From the NCBI GenBank assembly GCA_934177795.1, contig CAKPPS010000002.1, positions 19,607 through 83,606 of the forward strand: a stretch of 64,000 bases of DNA, given 5' to 3'. Positions 17,910-27,742 of this stretch are shown here, one piece after another. The position numbers and the translations under genes are program-made. Within the stretch, counting starts at the first letter, position 1. Every line of letters begins with the position of its first letter. This DNA is from an uncultured Clostridia bacterium. Lineage in GTDB: Bacteria; Bacillota; Clostridia; TANB77; CAG-508. A model generated the notes under the pieces. That model worked only from the letters and a program-made list of their open reading frames with translations. It was not told the origin of the DNA and made no database searches.

Positions 17910-18242
17910 CTACATTACATCTCTTACAGCTTCTCCTATTATTTTGTTTACATCTGCTAGCATAATATTAAATTTCATTTCTGCATCAAAATATTTTTTT
18001 GCATCATCTAATTCTATCAATTCTGCATATAATTTTTTCATCTTATCCATTTTTTCTGTATCTTCTTTTCCTGTCTGCATTTGTGTAATTTGGGCATCAT
18101 ATCTAGCCATTTCAAATTCACCAATTCTCTTTTTTAAATCTTGATTTAGACTTAAAGTTTCTCTTGCCATTTTATAATTAATATATTCTTCTGATTCTTT
18201 TATTTCAGCTGCTAATCTATTTGCTGTATCATATACATTCAT
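17910..18242 (-). CDS. YlbF/YmcA-family regulatory protein
   Basis: 110 aa, helical. N-terminus MNVYDTANRLAAEIKESEEYINYK is typical of the family. Confidence 0.65.
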   Translation of the reverse strand: MNVYDTANRLAAEIKESEEYINYKMARETLSLNQDLKKRIGEFEMARYDAQITQMQTGKEDTEKMDKMKKLYAELIELDDAKKYFDAEMKFNIMLADVNKIIGEAVRDVM

Positions 18243-18257
18243 TACATTCTCTCCTTC

Positions 18258-19343
18258 TTACTTTATAGTATTGGTATTAGATGTTTCTGTACTATCTCCT
18301 AATATTTTTACACTTGCATTTGTTGGACATATATTAACAAAAGTATTTCCATCATTAACCTGTATTTTATTTCCATTCATATCTTGATATTGAGTTGTTT
18401 CTTCTCTAGTATTTTTTATGCATTTTATTTTTATAGCTTTTCCGTTGGTTATATAATATCCATCAAATGTTCCTGTATTTTTTAAACCTTGTCTTCCTTT
18501 GTTTTCAGAATCTGATAATGTATAGTTATTGCAAAATGTAATAATTATATTTTTAGTTGTAATATTTTCTTTTGATTCCCAATCTGTTTGTTTTTTTCCT
18601 CTTGCATATCTAGTATAAACTTTGCTGTCACTATTATATACATATTTAACTGTTTGTAAATCTGAATGTGGTATTGTTACTTCATACGCTGTTTGACCTT
18701 CTTCTAAGTTGACTTCTTCTGTAACATAATTTAATACACTTTCTTTAGTTGATGTTGTTTTATATCCTTTATTTTTAGCTGATTCTAATAATTTTTTAGT
18801 ATTAGTTACTGCATTATGAGGAGCTGCTTTTTCTTTTACTCTCCAAAATGTCGTTCCATCTTCTGAAATTCCGTTTATGTCATTTATATTATATTTTTTT
18901 ATATCACTTTGAGCTTGTGGACTTTGTCCAAAATGTGTATATATAGCATCATTTTCCATTGCATAATCAATAAAATAATGTCTAGCACTTCTTACTGGTC
19001 CTATTTTATCTACGTCTACACCTTTAAATAATGCCATTAATCTTGTTTCTCCACCCTCAACTATGATTTCATATACCATATAAGCTTTGTTTAACCCAGC
19101 TTGTGGCCATGCATCTTGATGGTTATCTATCATAACAGCAACAGGTCTACTATTTCCATTGAAAATTTTTATTTCTGATTCTTTCTGTTCTTCTTGACCT
19201 GATTCTTTTATTTCCTCTGCTGATATTGTTTCTTTATTTCGTTCATCTTGCATAATCTTGTATGCTAATACTCCTCCAGCTGCTATAATCAAAACCATTA
19301 ATATTATAATTAAAATTTTAACTCCACCAAATTGTTTTCGCAT
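18258..19343 (-). CDS. DUF3048 (YerB-like) lipoprotein/secreted protein
   Basis: Signal anchor, then PVAVMIDNHQDAWPQAGLNKAYMVYEIIVEGGETRLMALF, which is characteristic of DUF3048. Confidence 0.75.
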   Translation of the reverse strand: MRKQFGGVKILIIILMVLIIAAGGVLAYKIMQDERNKETISAEEIKESGQEEQKESEIKIFNGNSRPVAVMIDNHQDAWPQAGLNKAYMVYEIIVEGGETRLMALFKGVDVDKIGPVRSARHYFIDYAMENDAIYTHFGQSPQAQSDIKKYNINDINGISEDGTTFWRVKEKAAPHNAVTNTKKLLESAKNKGYKTTSTKESVLNYVTEEVNLEEGQTAYEVTIPHSDLQTVKYVYNSDSKVYTRYARGKKQTDWESKENITTKNIIITFCNNYTLSDSENKGRQGLKNTGTFDGYYITNGKAIKIKCIKNTREETTQYQDMNGNKIQVNDGNTFVNICPTNASVKILGDSTETSNTNTIK

Positions 19344-19362
19344 AATTTTTCTCCCCTATTAA

Positions 19363-19839
19363 TTACCTTACTATTTTCAGTTCTTCTAAAATATGTTCTT
19401 CCTTCTTTCTCATTTCTTTTTTATCTTCTTCTTGTATATGGTCATATCCCATCAAGTGATAAAATCCGTGGACTAGCATATAACTTAATTCTCTTTCAAA
19501 GCTATGTCCATATTCTTCCGCTTGTTCTTTAACTTTATCTATAGAAATAATTATATCTCCTAATATATCTTCATGTTCAAACAAATTATTTTTTATTTTT
19601 TCTTCTATTTCTTTTCTCTCAAACATAGGAAATGAAAGTACATCAGTTGCTCTGTCTATATTCCTATATTGTTGATTAATTGTTCTTATATTTTCTGGAG
19701 TTGTAAATGTTACTGTGATAAATAATTCAGAATTGTTTAAACATTCTTCTTCAAAACATTTATCAAAAACCATTTTTACTATATTTTCATACTCTTCATT
19801 TTCTGGTTCATCTTGATATATGATTTCATATTTTTTCAT
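19363..19839 (-). CDS. ybeY: rRNA maturation endoribonuclease YbeY
   Basis: HGFYHLMGYDH zinc motif; 158 aa. Confidence 0.9.
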   Translation of the reverse strand: MKKYEIIYQDEPENEEYENIVKMVFDKCFEEECLNNSELFITVTFTTPENIRTINQQYRNIDRATDVLSFPMFERKEIEEKIKNNLFEHEDILGDIIISIDKVKEQAEEYGHSFERELSYMLVHGFYHLMGYDHIQEEDKKEMRKKEEHILEELKIVR

Positions 19840-19840
19840 T

Positions 19841-21052
19841 TTAAGCCACTTTCCTTACTTTTTTTATATATTTTCCTTTTGAAATATACGCATCTTTTAA
19901 TTCTCTCATAGCTCCACAGTCAATTAGTTTTCTTTTATAATATTTTATAAGTTTTGTATAGTCTATTTTTTCTGTTGCTTCTCTTATTTGTTTCATATCA
20001 TTTTTGATAAATAATATTTCTTTCTTTCTCACATAATCTATAAAATTAGATTCTTTTAGTTTACATACATTATTGTATCGATTCCAAAATGCTTTAAATT
20101 CTTCTCGTTCTTTAGGATTTTCCCAATATACTTTTGTTGATAATAATTTTATATTATAATCTTCAAATAAGTTTATTAACATATTATAGACTTTTTCTCT
20201 TTTGGCTGATATTTTAGTATCTTGAAGTAAGATTCTAGCATCTTTTAATAATTTTTGATAACATTGTATTGCAACTATAAGAGGTAAACTGTGTGTAAAC
20301 AATTTTCTACTGATACTTAATAATACTACATTTTTTTCTATATTATCTTTTGTATCTAATTTTCCTACAGTATAAGTTTCGTAATTCTCGTAATCTTTTA
20401 GTATTTCTTGTATATTTTTGTCACTTGGTTCTATCTTTATTTTTAATGACAATATATTTTGTATATATTCTTCTAATGTATAAAATATTTTTGTGTATAT
20501 CCAGTCTTTAGAAGATTCATAAGCATTTGTGGTATCTGCTAATTTAATAGAATAATTTTTTAATATTCCTTTATATAAAGAATCCATTTTTGAAATATAA
20601 AATTGATTATATCTTGCAATTAGTTTTTCTTTGCCTGATAATTGTATCCCATCATTATCTAATTCCAATAAATATTTTTGTTTTCTATTTTTATATTCTA
20701 TAAATTCTCTTTCTTTTAAGCTTGTAACTTCATAATATTTTGATAATGCTTCTCTTTCAAAATCAGAAGCTGTATTATTTTTTACTTTTTTATATATAGA
20801 ATCCATAACATATTTATCTAATGATTCTAAATATGCTTCATAAGCTACATTATATTTTTCTTCTGCCTCTTTTTGATTATAATTTTCATTTTGGTATGCT
20901 TCAAAATGTTTCAATAGATTATTTCTTTTTATCGAGATTAACATTCCATTGATTCCTATCTTTGTAGGTATCAACATTTTTGTTAAAGTTTTTGTGATTT
21001 TATTAAAAAATGTTTTATCTGTTCCTGTAATTCTTAAACTTTTTTCTTCCAT
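19841..21052 (-). CDS. hypothetical helical protein (~400 aa)
   Basis: Long intact ORF between yqfD and ybeY. GAAGGGA SD before ATG 21052; the alternative start at 21085 overlaps yqfD. No motif recognised. Confidence 0.6.
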   Translation of the reverse strand: MEEKSLRITGTDKTFFNKITKTLTKMLIPTKIGINGMLISIKRNNLLKHFEAYQNENYNQKEAEEKYNVAYEAYLESLDKYVMDSIYKKVKNNTASDFEREALSKYYEVTSLKEREFIEYKNRKQKYLLELDNDGIQLSGKEKLIARYNQFYISKMDSLYKGILKNYSIKLADTTNAYESSKDWIYTKIFYTLEEYIQNILSLKIKIEPSDKNIQEILKDYENYETYTVGKLDTKDNIEKNVVLLSISRKLFTHSLPLIVAIQCYQKLLKDARILLQDTKISAKREKVYNMLINLFEDYNIKLLSTKVYWENPKEREEFKAFWNRYNNVCKLKESNFIDYVRKKEILFIKNDMKQIREATEKIDYTKLIKYYKRKLIDCGAMRELKDAYISKGKYIKKVRKVA

Positions 21053-21065
21053 CTTTATCATCCCT

Positions 21066-22250
21066 TCAAAATACAATTTTTTCATTTGTCCCGATATTTT
21101 CTAGTACTTCATAAGTGACTGTAATTTCTATACTATCATTGTTTTCTTTAACATTTATATTTTTATTTACGATTTTCTCTATGTCTTTTATTTCTTCCAT
21201 TAATTCTTGTTCTAATTCTTGTGTCCCTAGTTCTTTAGCTTCTTCTATTGAGTATGTTTTATCTACTAATTTCTGTTCTTTATTAATTGTTTTTATTACA
21301 GAAATTGGTAAATAGAAGTTAGAAAATATTCGCACCTTGTTTTCCGTTTCTATTGTATCATAAATTTCAAAATTTGAAAGCTTTTTAGGAAAATTTATTT
21401 TAAATTTATTTATTTTCATAGCATAAACTGTGTCTATTCTTCCTGTTTCCTCTTTTTCCGTAGTTTTATATTCTATTTTTTTACTTTTTGTATACCACAC
21501 TCTTGCTTCTACATTTCCTTTTGCATGTACATATCTGATTCCTGTATATTTTCCTTCCATCCAACCATTAATTAATATATCTCCTTTTTTTATTGTATCT
21601 CCAACTTTTACATTAGCGGTCCCATTTTGAGCATTTATTTTAGTTATCACTCCATCTTTATCAGAAACTATATTACAATATTCATCTTCTGCTATTATAT
21701 CTGGTTTTTCTGATGCTTTCACTATTTTAACTATAGCATTTGTTCCTTTTAATTCTATTCCCATCCACGCAATATCTTTTCTATTTAGTCTTATTTTATT
21801 TATAATCTCTTTTGTATCTATTTTGCTTTTAAATTTCCCTATATTTAATCCAGCATTTTTTACGTCTTCCATGACATTTTCTAAATTTTCTCCATTTTCT
21901 TCTATTATGTCTATATTCCATATAAAATTAGAACTAAGAATTATTGCAAAGATAATTAAGCATAAAAATAGTAAAAAAACCTTTCTTTTTTTGTATTTTT
22001 CTATCAAAAATGGCAATCCTTTTTTAGCTTTAATTTTTATTTTACATTGCGTCTTTTTTGCAATTTTACAAAATTCTTTAAAATCCTTTATTTCTATATT
22101 TAATTCCATGTTTATTTCATTGCATTTTTTTATATTCCACATCATATATTTCTTACTTCTGCTTATGTTTATGAATCTCTCAATATAATATCCTTCTATT
22201 GTTATTCTCAGATACCCAGCAATATAGTTTATAATCTTTTTTATTATCAT
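21066..22250 (-). CDS. yqfD: sporulation protein YqfD
   Basis: N-terminus IINYIAGYLRITIEGYYIERFIN, central TM, size and position after yqfC. Confidence 0.8.
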   Translation of the reverse strand: MIIKKIINYIAGYLRITIEGYYIERFINISRSKKYMMWNIKKCNEINMELNIEIKDFKEFCKIAKKTQCKIKIKAKKGLPFLIEKYKKRKVFLLFLCLIIFAIILSSNFIWNIDIIEENGENLENVMEDVKNAGLNIGKFKSKIDTKEIINKIRLNRKDIAWMGIELKGTNAIVKIVKASEKPDIIAEDEYCNIVSDKDGVITKINAQNGTANVKVGDTIKKGDILINGWMEGKYTGIRYVHAKGNVEARVWYTKSKKIEYKTTEKEETGRIDTVYAMKINKFKINFPKKLSNFEIYDTIETENKVRIFSNFYLPISVIKTINKEQKLVDKTYSIEEAKELGTQELEQELMEEIKDIEKIVNKNINVKENNDSIEITVTYEVLENIGTNEKIVF

Positions 22251-22265
22251 TTGCCTTCTCCTTCA

Positions 22266-22544
22266 TTAATCTGTAATTTTCTCAAAATCAATACCTTCAA
22301 TCTTTCCCGTCACTTTTATATCATCATTAGTCATCGTTTCTAAATTCAAATTATATCCGCTAACACTTACCACTCCAATATATGTACTAATTTTTACGAA
22401 AAATTCTTCATACTCTAAGATTCCTTTATAATTTTCTATTATCATTTGGTCAAATCCCAGTATTGAGATTTTAGGTATATTGGAATAGATTTCTTCTGGA
22501 ATTTCCAGCATTTTATTAATTTTATTTACTCTCCTTTTTTTCAT
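22266..22544 (-). CDS. yqfC: sporulation protein YqfC
   Basis: 92 aa. ISILGFDQMIIENYKGILEYEEFFVKI pattern typical of YqfC. Confidence 0.8.
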   Translation of the reverse strand: MKKRRVNKINKMLEIPEEIYSNIPKISILGFDQMIIENYKGILEYEEFFVKISTYIGVVSVSGYNLNLETMTNDDIKVTGKIEGIDFEKITD

Positions 22545-22604
22545 TACTACTCCTATCTCTATAAATAAAGATTATCTCTCAATATCTCCATTTATCTTAA
22601 TAAT

Positions 22605-23417
22605 CTACTGTTCAAATTCATCAAGACTCTTAAATTCATATCCCATCTCTTTTGCTTCTTTTATAACACTATCTAAGATATTTGTATTTGTTTTAGAATT
22701 CCCATGTAATAACATTATTTCCCCATTGTGTAAGTTATTTATCACTTTTTCTTTAGACTTTCCTTCATCCGGTTGTTTATTTTCATTCCAGTCTTCATAA
22801 GCAAAAGACCACATCACATTTTTATATCCTAATGAATTTGTTATCTTTAAAGTTTTTTCACTAAACTCTCCCATTGGTGGTCTTATGTATTTCATTTCAT
22901 ATTGAAATTTACTATAAATACTTTGGTGTAAGTCCATAACTTCTTTTTTTATTTGCTCTTCTGTTAAACTTGGCATACTTTTATGATTAACTGTATGGTT
23001 TCCTACTATATGTCCTTCATCTATCATCTGTTTTACTAAGTCTTCTTGTGTATTTAGATAATGTGCAGTTATAAAAAATGCTGCTTTTACTTCATTATCT
23101 TTTAAAGTTTTTAACAATTGTTGTGTATATCCTGCCTCATATCCTTCATCAAATGTTAAATATATATTTTTGTTATCACTATTTCCTAGGCAAATCCCAT
23201 TATTTTCTTCTAATACAGTTTTGTTTTTTTCACCTACATCTGGTTGCTCATGATTATCATTCCTTTTTATTCCCCAACATATTTTTGAATTTGATATGGT
23301 CTCGTTTTGGCTTGTATTTAAACTTTTCTTATCTAAGTTTCTTTGACAAACTATAGTAAGTAGTATTATTGCTACAATTAGACATAAACTTGCATATATT
23401 TTAATTTTTGATTTCAT
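22605..23417 (-). CDS. polysaccharide deacetylase (PdaA-like, NodB domain)
   Basis: GGAGG SD before ATG 23417. Signal anchor. NodB motifs TFDEGY, HTVNHKS, RPPMGE and LLHG. Confidence 0.85.
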   Translation of the reverse strand: MKSKIKIYASLCLIVAIILLTIVCQRNLDKKSLNTSQNETISNSKICWGIKRNDNHEQPDVGEKNKTVLEENNGICLGNSDNKNIYLTFDEGYEAGYTQQLLKTLKDNEVKAAFFITAHYLNTQEDLVKQMIDEGHIVGNHTVNHKSMPSLTEEQIKKEVMDLHQSIYSKFQYEMKYIRPPMGEFSEKTLKITNSLGYKNVMWSFAYEDWNENKQPDEGKSKEKVINNLHNGEIMLLHGNSKTNTNILDSVIKEAKEMGYEFKSLDEFEQ

Positions 23418-23680
23418 ATTTACCTCCAATTTCTTATTTAATTAATTTTATGAACTAGAAGTAAAAAAATAACTGTATTTTGATAATAAAATATAAGCAT
23501 ATTAATATCACTTAAAAATGTTAACAAACTTCTAAATTATTTTTATATTTAGAGTTGAATTCAACTCATTATATATATGTCATTTTAGTATTATTGTTAT
23601 TTTGTAAGCTTGTTATTTTTACTTTTGTAATTAGGTAATATTGACCTTTTTACCTGGTATGCAAAATTACAACTTAAGTA

Positions 23681-23709
23681 TTGACAATCAGGTTATTTTA
23701 TCATATATT
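23681..23709 (+). promoter_or_regulatory. sigma-A-type promoter upstream of the response regulator/kinase operon
   Basis: TTGACA (23681-23686), 17-nt spacer, TATATT (23704-23709). Confidence 0.45.
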
Positions 23710-23796
23710 GTTGTTACTATTGGAAAAATAAGGTAATTATTTTTATATTGTCGAAGAAAGTAATTATCTACAAATTATAAAGAAAGGATATTTTAT

Positions 23797-24513
23797 ATGT
23801 TAAATTTTGTTATTTGTGATGATAATTTAAATATTTTGAATAAACTTGAAAAAATACTAGATGATATTTTTATGAAAAATAACTTTGAAGCTAATGTCTC
23901 TTTTAAATTTGATAATTTTGAAGATTTATTAGATTGTTTTGATTGTGGAAATCAAATTGATGTTTTACTATTAGATATTAATTTACGTTCTTCTAAAAAT
24001 GGTTTAGATTTAGCTGAAGAAATTAGAAAAAAGAACAAAAATGTCTATTTAATCTTTACAACTGGTCATTTAGAATATGCGATGATGGCTTATAAGTATA
24101 AAACTTTTGATTATCTTGCTAAACCTATTACTTACGAAAGATTAGAAGATACCATAAAACGTCTTTTTGATGATATTTATAGTACTCCTAAGAAATATAT
24201 CAAAATAGATAATAAAAATACTCTAGTAGAACAATCACAAGTGCAATATATAAAAAGAAATAATATGAAATTGGTTTATCATACTTCTTCACGTGATTAT
24301 GAGGTATATAGTTCTTTTAATAAGATTCAAGACTCACTACCTACTAATTTTATTAGATGTCACAAGTCTTATATTGTTAATTTGGATAATATTAAAGACG
24401 TTGATCCAGTTACTTTGACTGTTTTACTTACAGATAATAGTTCTTGTAGTATTGGACCTAAATATAAAAATGAATTTTTGGAGGTTATAAAAAATTATGG
24501 AATTGTTAAATAA
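23797..24513 (+). CDS. LytTR-family response regulator (AgrA-like)
   Basis: Receiver domain (ICDDN...LLDINL) followed by a LytTR DNA-binding domain (FIRCHKSYIVNLDNI). Confidence 0.85.
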   Translation: MLNFVICDDNLNILNKLEKILDDIFMKNNFEANVSFKFDNFEDLLDCFDCGNQIDVLLLDINLRSSKNGLDLAEEIRKKNKNVYLIFTTGHLEYAMMAYKYKTFDYLAKPITYERLEDTIKRLFDDIYSTPKKYIKIDNKNTLVEQSQVQYIKRNNMKLVYHTSSRDYEVYSSFNKIQDSLPTNFIRCHKSYIVNLDNIKDVDPVTLTVLLTDNSSCSIGPKYKNEFLEVIKNYGIVK

Positions 24514-25852
24514 TATATGGTCAGCGCTCACTACGCCAAATGAAACTTTGACTTCTTTGCTTATAATACCGCTATTTTTTGTAGAAAATTTTCTTATACT
24601 CTATTTGATAATAACGATTTTTAAAATAAATTTAACTCTTAAGAAAAAAGTTTTGTATATACTTATATCTTCTACAATAAGTATCATTACTAATTTCTTA
24701 ATCCCTTCACCACTTAATATGATTTTTAATTATATTGCATTGTTTACTTTAATGTATTTAACATTTTCTATGAACTTAATTAAAACACTAATTGCTTTAA
24801 TTATACCTACTGTAGTTTTTGCTTTGTTAAGTACTCTAATCTCTCACCCATATATGCATATATTTCAAATAGATTCTGAAGCACTTCTTAGTATCCCTGT
24901 TTATAGATTACTTCATCTAATGATAGTATATGTATGTACATTTACTATTATTTTAATATGCAAAAAAGGTAAGTTATCTAACCTGCCTTTGAATCAGTTA
25001 GATAACTTACCTAAAAGTACATTTCGTATGATAATCTTAAACATTGTTCTAGGGTTCTTCACTATTATTGTCCAGCTAATTGTAAATTCATATTATACAG
25101 ACTTTCTTCCTTTGCCTATAACTTTTCTCGTTTTCATCACCTTATTATCATATTTTGCCTTGAGCTTTCATAGTCTGTCTCGTATTGTAAAATTAGCTAT
25201 TACAAATCAAAAATTACAAAATGCAGAAGAATACAATAAAACATTAACAATATTACATGATAGCGTAAGAGGTTTTAAACATGATTTTGATAATATTGTT
25301 ACAACAATTGGTGGATATATAAGAACAAATGATATGGAAGGTTTACAAAAATATTATCATCAGTTAGAAGATGATTGTCAAAAAGTAAATAACTTGTATG
25401 TTCTTAATCCTAAACTAATTAATAATCCTGGTGTTTATAGTTTGTTAACTACAAAATATCATAAAGCTGAGGAAAATGGAATAAAAATAAATATGTCCCT
25501 TTTACTCGATTTAAATGATTTGAATATGAAAATATATGAGTTTACTCGTATATTAGGTATTTTACTAGATAATGCTATTGATGCAAGTAATGAATGTAAC
25601 GAAAAAACTATAAATATTATCTTTAGAGATGATCCTAATAAACATAGACAACTTGTAATTATAGAAAATACATATAAAGATAAAAATGTTAATACTGAAC
25701 GTATATTCCAAAAAGGAATCTCTGGCAAAGAAAATCATACTGGATTAGGTTTATGGGAAGTTAGGCAGATTTTAAATAAAAATAAGAATTTATCTTTATA
25801 CACATCAAAAAATGATAAATACTTTTCACAACAATTAGAAATTTATTATTAA
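24497..25852 (+). CDS. AgrC-like sensor histidine kinase (polytopic N-terminus, GHKL ATPase)
   Basis: Six to seven TM segments, H-box region VRGFKHDFDN, N-box ILLDNAIDA, G-box GTGLGLW-like NHTGLGLWEV. Overlaps the regulator stop by 17 nt. Confidence 0.8.
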   Translation: MELLNNIWSALTTPNETLTSLLIIPLFFVENFLILYLIITIFKINLTLKKKVLYILISSTISIITNFLIPSPLNMIFNYIALFTLMYLTFSMNLIKTLIALIIPTVVFALLSTLISHPYMHIFQIDSEALLSIPVYRLLHLMIVYVCTFTIILICKKGKLSNLPLNQLDNLPKSTFRMIILNIVLGFFTIIVQLIVNSYYTDFLPLPITFLVFITLLSYFALSFHSLSRIVKLAITNQKLQNAEEYNKTLTILHDSVRGFKHDFDNIVTTIGGYIRTNDMEGLQKYYHQLEDDCQKVNNLYVLNPKLINNPGVYSLLTTKYHKAEENGIKINMSLLLDLNDLNMKIYEFTRILGILLDNAIDASNECNEKTINIIFRDDPNKHRQLVIIENTYKDKNVNTERIFQKGISGKENHTGLGLWEVRQILNKNKNLSLYTSKNDKYFSQQLEIYY

Positions 25853-25854
25853 TC

Positions 25855-25891
25855 AAAAAAGTACTTCATAATATTTTGAAGTACTTTTTGA
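25855..25891 (+). terminator. intrinsic terminator after the kinase gene
   Basis: Stem AAAAAGTACTTCA (25856-25868) / TGAAGTACTTTTT (25877-25889). Confidence 0.7.
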
Positions 25892-26011
25892 TTAGCATAA
25901 ACTGTAAGAGAGCTTCTTTTTAGAAACTCTCTTGGATTGCTCTATAACTTTTTAAAGTTATATTTACTGGCAAAAATAATTAAATTGTCGTTCTATTTTT
26001 GCCAATTTTTA

Positions 26012-26131
26012 TTAGTCTTTTTTCACCATATTCATTGGCATTTTAGGTTGATGAAATGTAAACAATACTAAACAAGCCGTATTAGTTACCTTTGCGTATT
26101 TTTCTGCTATTTTTGATAAAAATTTTAACAT
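26012..26131 (-). CDS. agrD: AgrD-like autoinducing peptide precursor (39 aa); not in the ORF track
   Basis: GGGGGA SD 8 nt before ATG 26131. Translation MLKFLSKIAEKYAKVTNTACLVLFTFHQPKMPMNMVKKD: amphipathic leader, single Cys, HQP..P tail like clostridial AgrD. Lies 52 nt downstream of agrB. Confidence 0.65.
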   Translation of the reverse strand: MLKFLSKIAEKYAKVTNTACLVLFTFHQPKMPMNMVKKD

Positions 26132-26183
26132 AAGAAATCCCCCTTTTATTTTTTATCTTTAAAAACACACCGGTATATGTTTT

Positions 26184-26819
26184 TTAAACTGTTTGAGTTG
26201 AAGTATTGTTATATACTTCATATCCATATTTATTGTTAGTTAATCTATATGCAATTTTAGTTATTGTTAATGTTTGAACAATATTTTCCAATAATAATAT
26301 ATTTGATATAAAATTATCTTTTATAAATACTGATACTAATAATCCCACTGAAAAAGTAATATATGAAATTATTTTCTTTTTTCTTCTATCTTTTGTACAT
26401 AATATTGGTACATTTTCTGTATCTGCTGGTGCATAGAGCTTTATCATTATCATCCCTAATCCCCATGCTACAACAGTTATTATATATTTTAATGTACTTT
26501 CAATTACTATTATTTTTGCAAGAAATACTGTTCCACAAAAGAATAATGTTGTTCCTATAATGCAACCTATATGAGTTTTTAGATGAAATCCTCCAGAAGC
26601 TTCCCTATATGGCAAAAATGTTATTAACATAAATAATACTTCTTTTAACATTCCTAAGAAAAATGCTATTATAAATAATAAAAATGTTTTTGGTAATTCT
26701 CCAATTATATTTTGCAGGCCATAATTTATTACTGCTGCTCTATCATCATCTATTTCTGGCATTTCTTTTCTTATTCTATTGGTTAAGAATTCACAGATTT
26801 TATCTATCATTTTCTTCAC
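26184..26819 (-). CDS. agrB: accessory gene regulator protein B (AgrD-processing membrane peptidase)
   Basis: 211 aa polytopic protein with ASGGFHLKTHIGC (conserved His/Cys region of AgrB). Confidence 0.85.
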   Translation of the reverse strand: MKKMIDKICEFLTNRIRKEMPEIDDDRAAVINYGLQNIIGELPKTFLLFIIAFFLGMLKEVLFMLITFLPYREASGGFHLKTHIGCIIGTTLFFCGTVFLAKIIVIESTLKYIITVVAWGLGMIMIKLYAPADTENVPILCTKDRRKKKIISYITFSVGLLVSVFIKDNFISNILLLENIVQTLTITKIAYRLTNNKYGYEVYNNTSTQTV

Positions 26820-27019
26820 CTCTCTTTTGTTAATGTGATTTTAACACATATATTTTCGAGTGCACGTTTTCATTTATCAAATAAGTTTTTTCGTTTATTA
26901 AAATAGATTTTTTTATTATTTATATATTTTTTTATTTATTAACAATATCTTATTTGCATTTTTTCTCGCCAAAAAAAAGAACAATTCCTACTGAATTATT
27001 CTCTTATTTAATATAATAT

Positions 27020-27742
27020 TTAATTTTTATGCTTATATTCTTTTAAAATACACCATGTTCCAATAGGCTCTGGAAAATCTTGAAATTCTATTTGTTCTTT
27101 AGTAATAGGATGATTTATTGTAAGTTTATATGCCCATAAAGCTATTTGTTTTCCTTGTCCTCGTGTTCCATATTTTTGATCTCCAAAAATACTATGTCCC
27201 GAATGTGCTAATTGCACACGAATTTGATGATGTCTACCTGTCTGTAAATTTATTTTTACTAGACTTAAATTTTTTATTGGATTATATTTTAGTACTTCAT
27301 AATCTAAGCTCGCTTTTTTAGCATTTTTCTTGTCTTTGTTAACTACTTTACTCATATTATGTCTCTCATCTTTATATAAATAATCAATTAATGTATCTTT
27401 TTCCTTCTTAAAAATTCCATCTACAACTGCTATATATTCTTTTTTAAATTCTTTTTCTCGTATTTGATTACTTAATCTTGATGCTGCTTTTGATGTTTTA
27501 GCAAATATCATAATCCCTCCTACAGGGCGGTCTAGTCTATGAACCAGTCCTAAATATACATTTCCTGGTTTATTATATTTTTCTTTTATATACTGCTTTA
27601 CTATTGTTAGCATATCTATATCGCCTGTTTTATCTGACTGTGAAGGTATATTAGGCTTTTTTTCTACAACTATAATGTGGTTATCTTCATATATTATTTT
27701 TAAATTTTGCACTTTATTTCTCCCATCTTCCATATATTCCAC
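27020..27742 (-). CDS. RluA-family pseudouridine synthase
   Basis: Catalytic motif HRLDRPVGG and GRHHQIRVQLA. Confidence 0.85.
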   Translation of the reverse strand: MEYMEDGRNKVQNLKIIYEDNHIIVVEKKPNIPSQSDKTGDIDMLTIVKQYIKEKYNKPGNVYLGLVHRLDRPVGGIMIFAKTSKAASRLSNQIREKEFKKEYIAVVDGIFKKEKDTLIDYLYKDERHNMSKVVNKDKKNAKKASLDYEVLKYNPIKNLSLVKINLQTGRHHQIRVQLAHSGHSIFGDQKYGTRGQGKQIALWAYKLTINHPITKEQIEFQDFPEPIGTWCILKEYKHKN

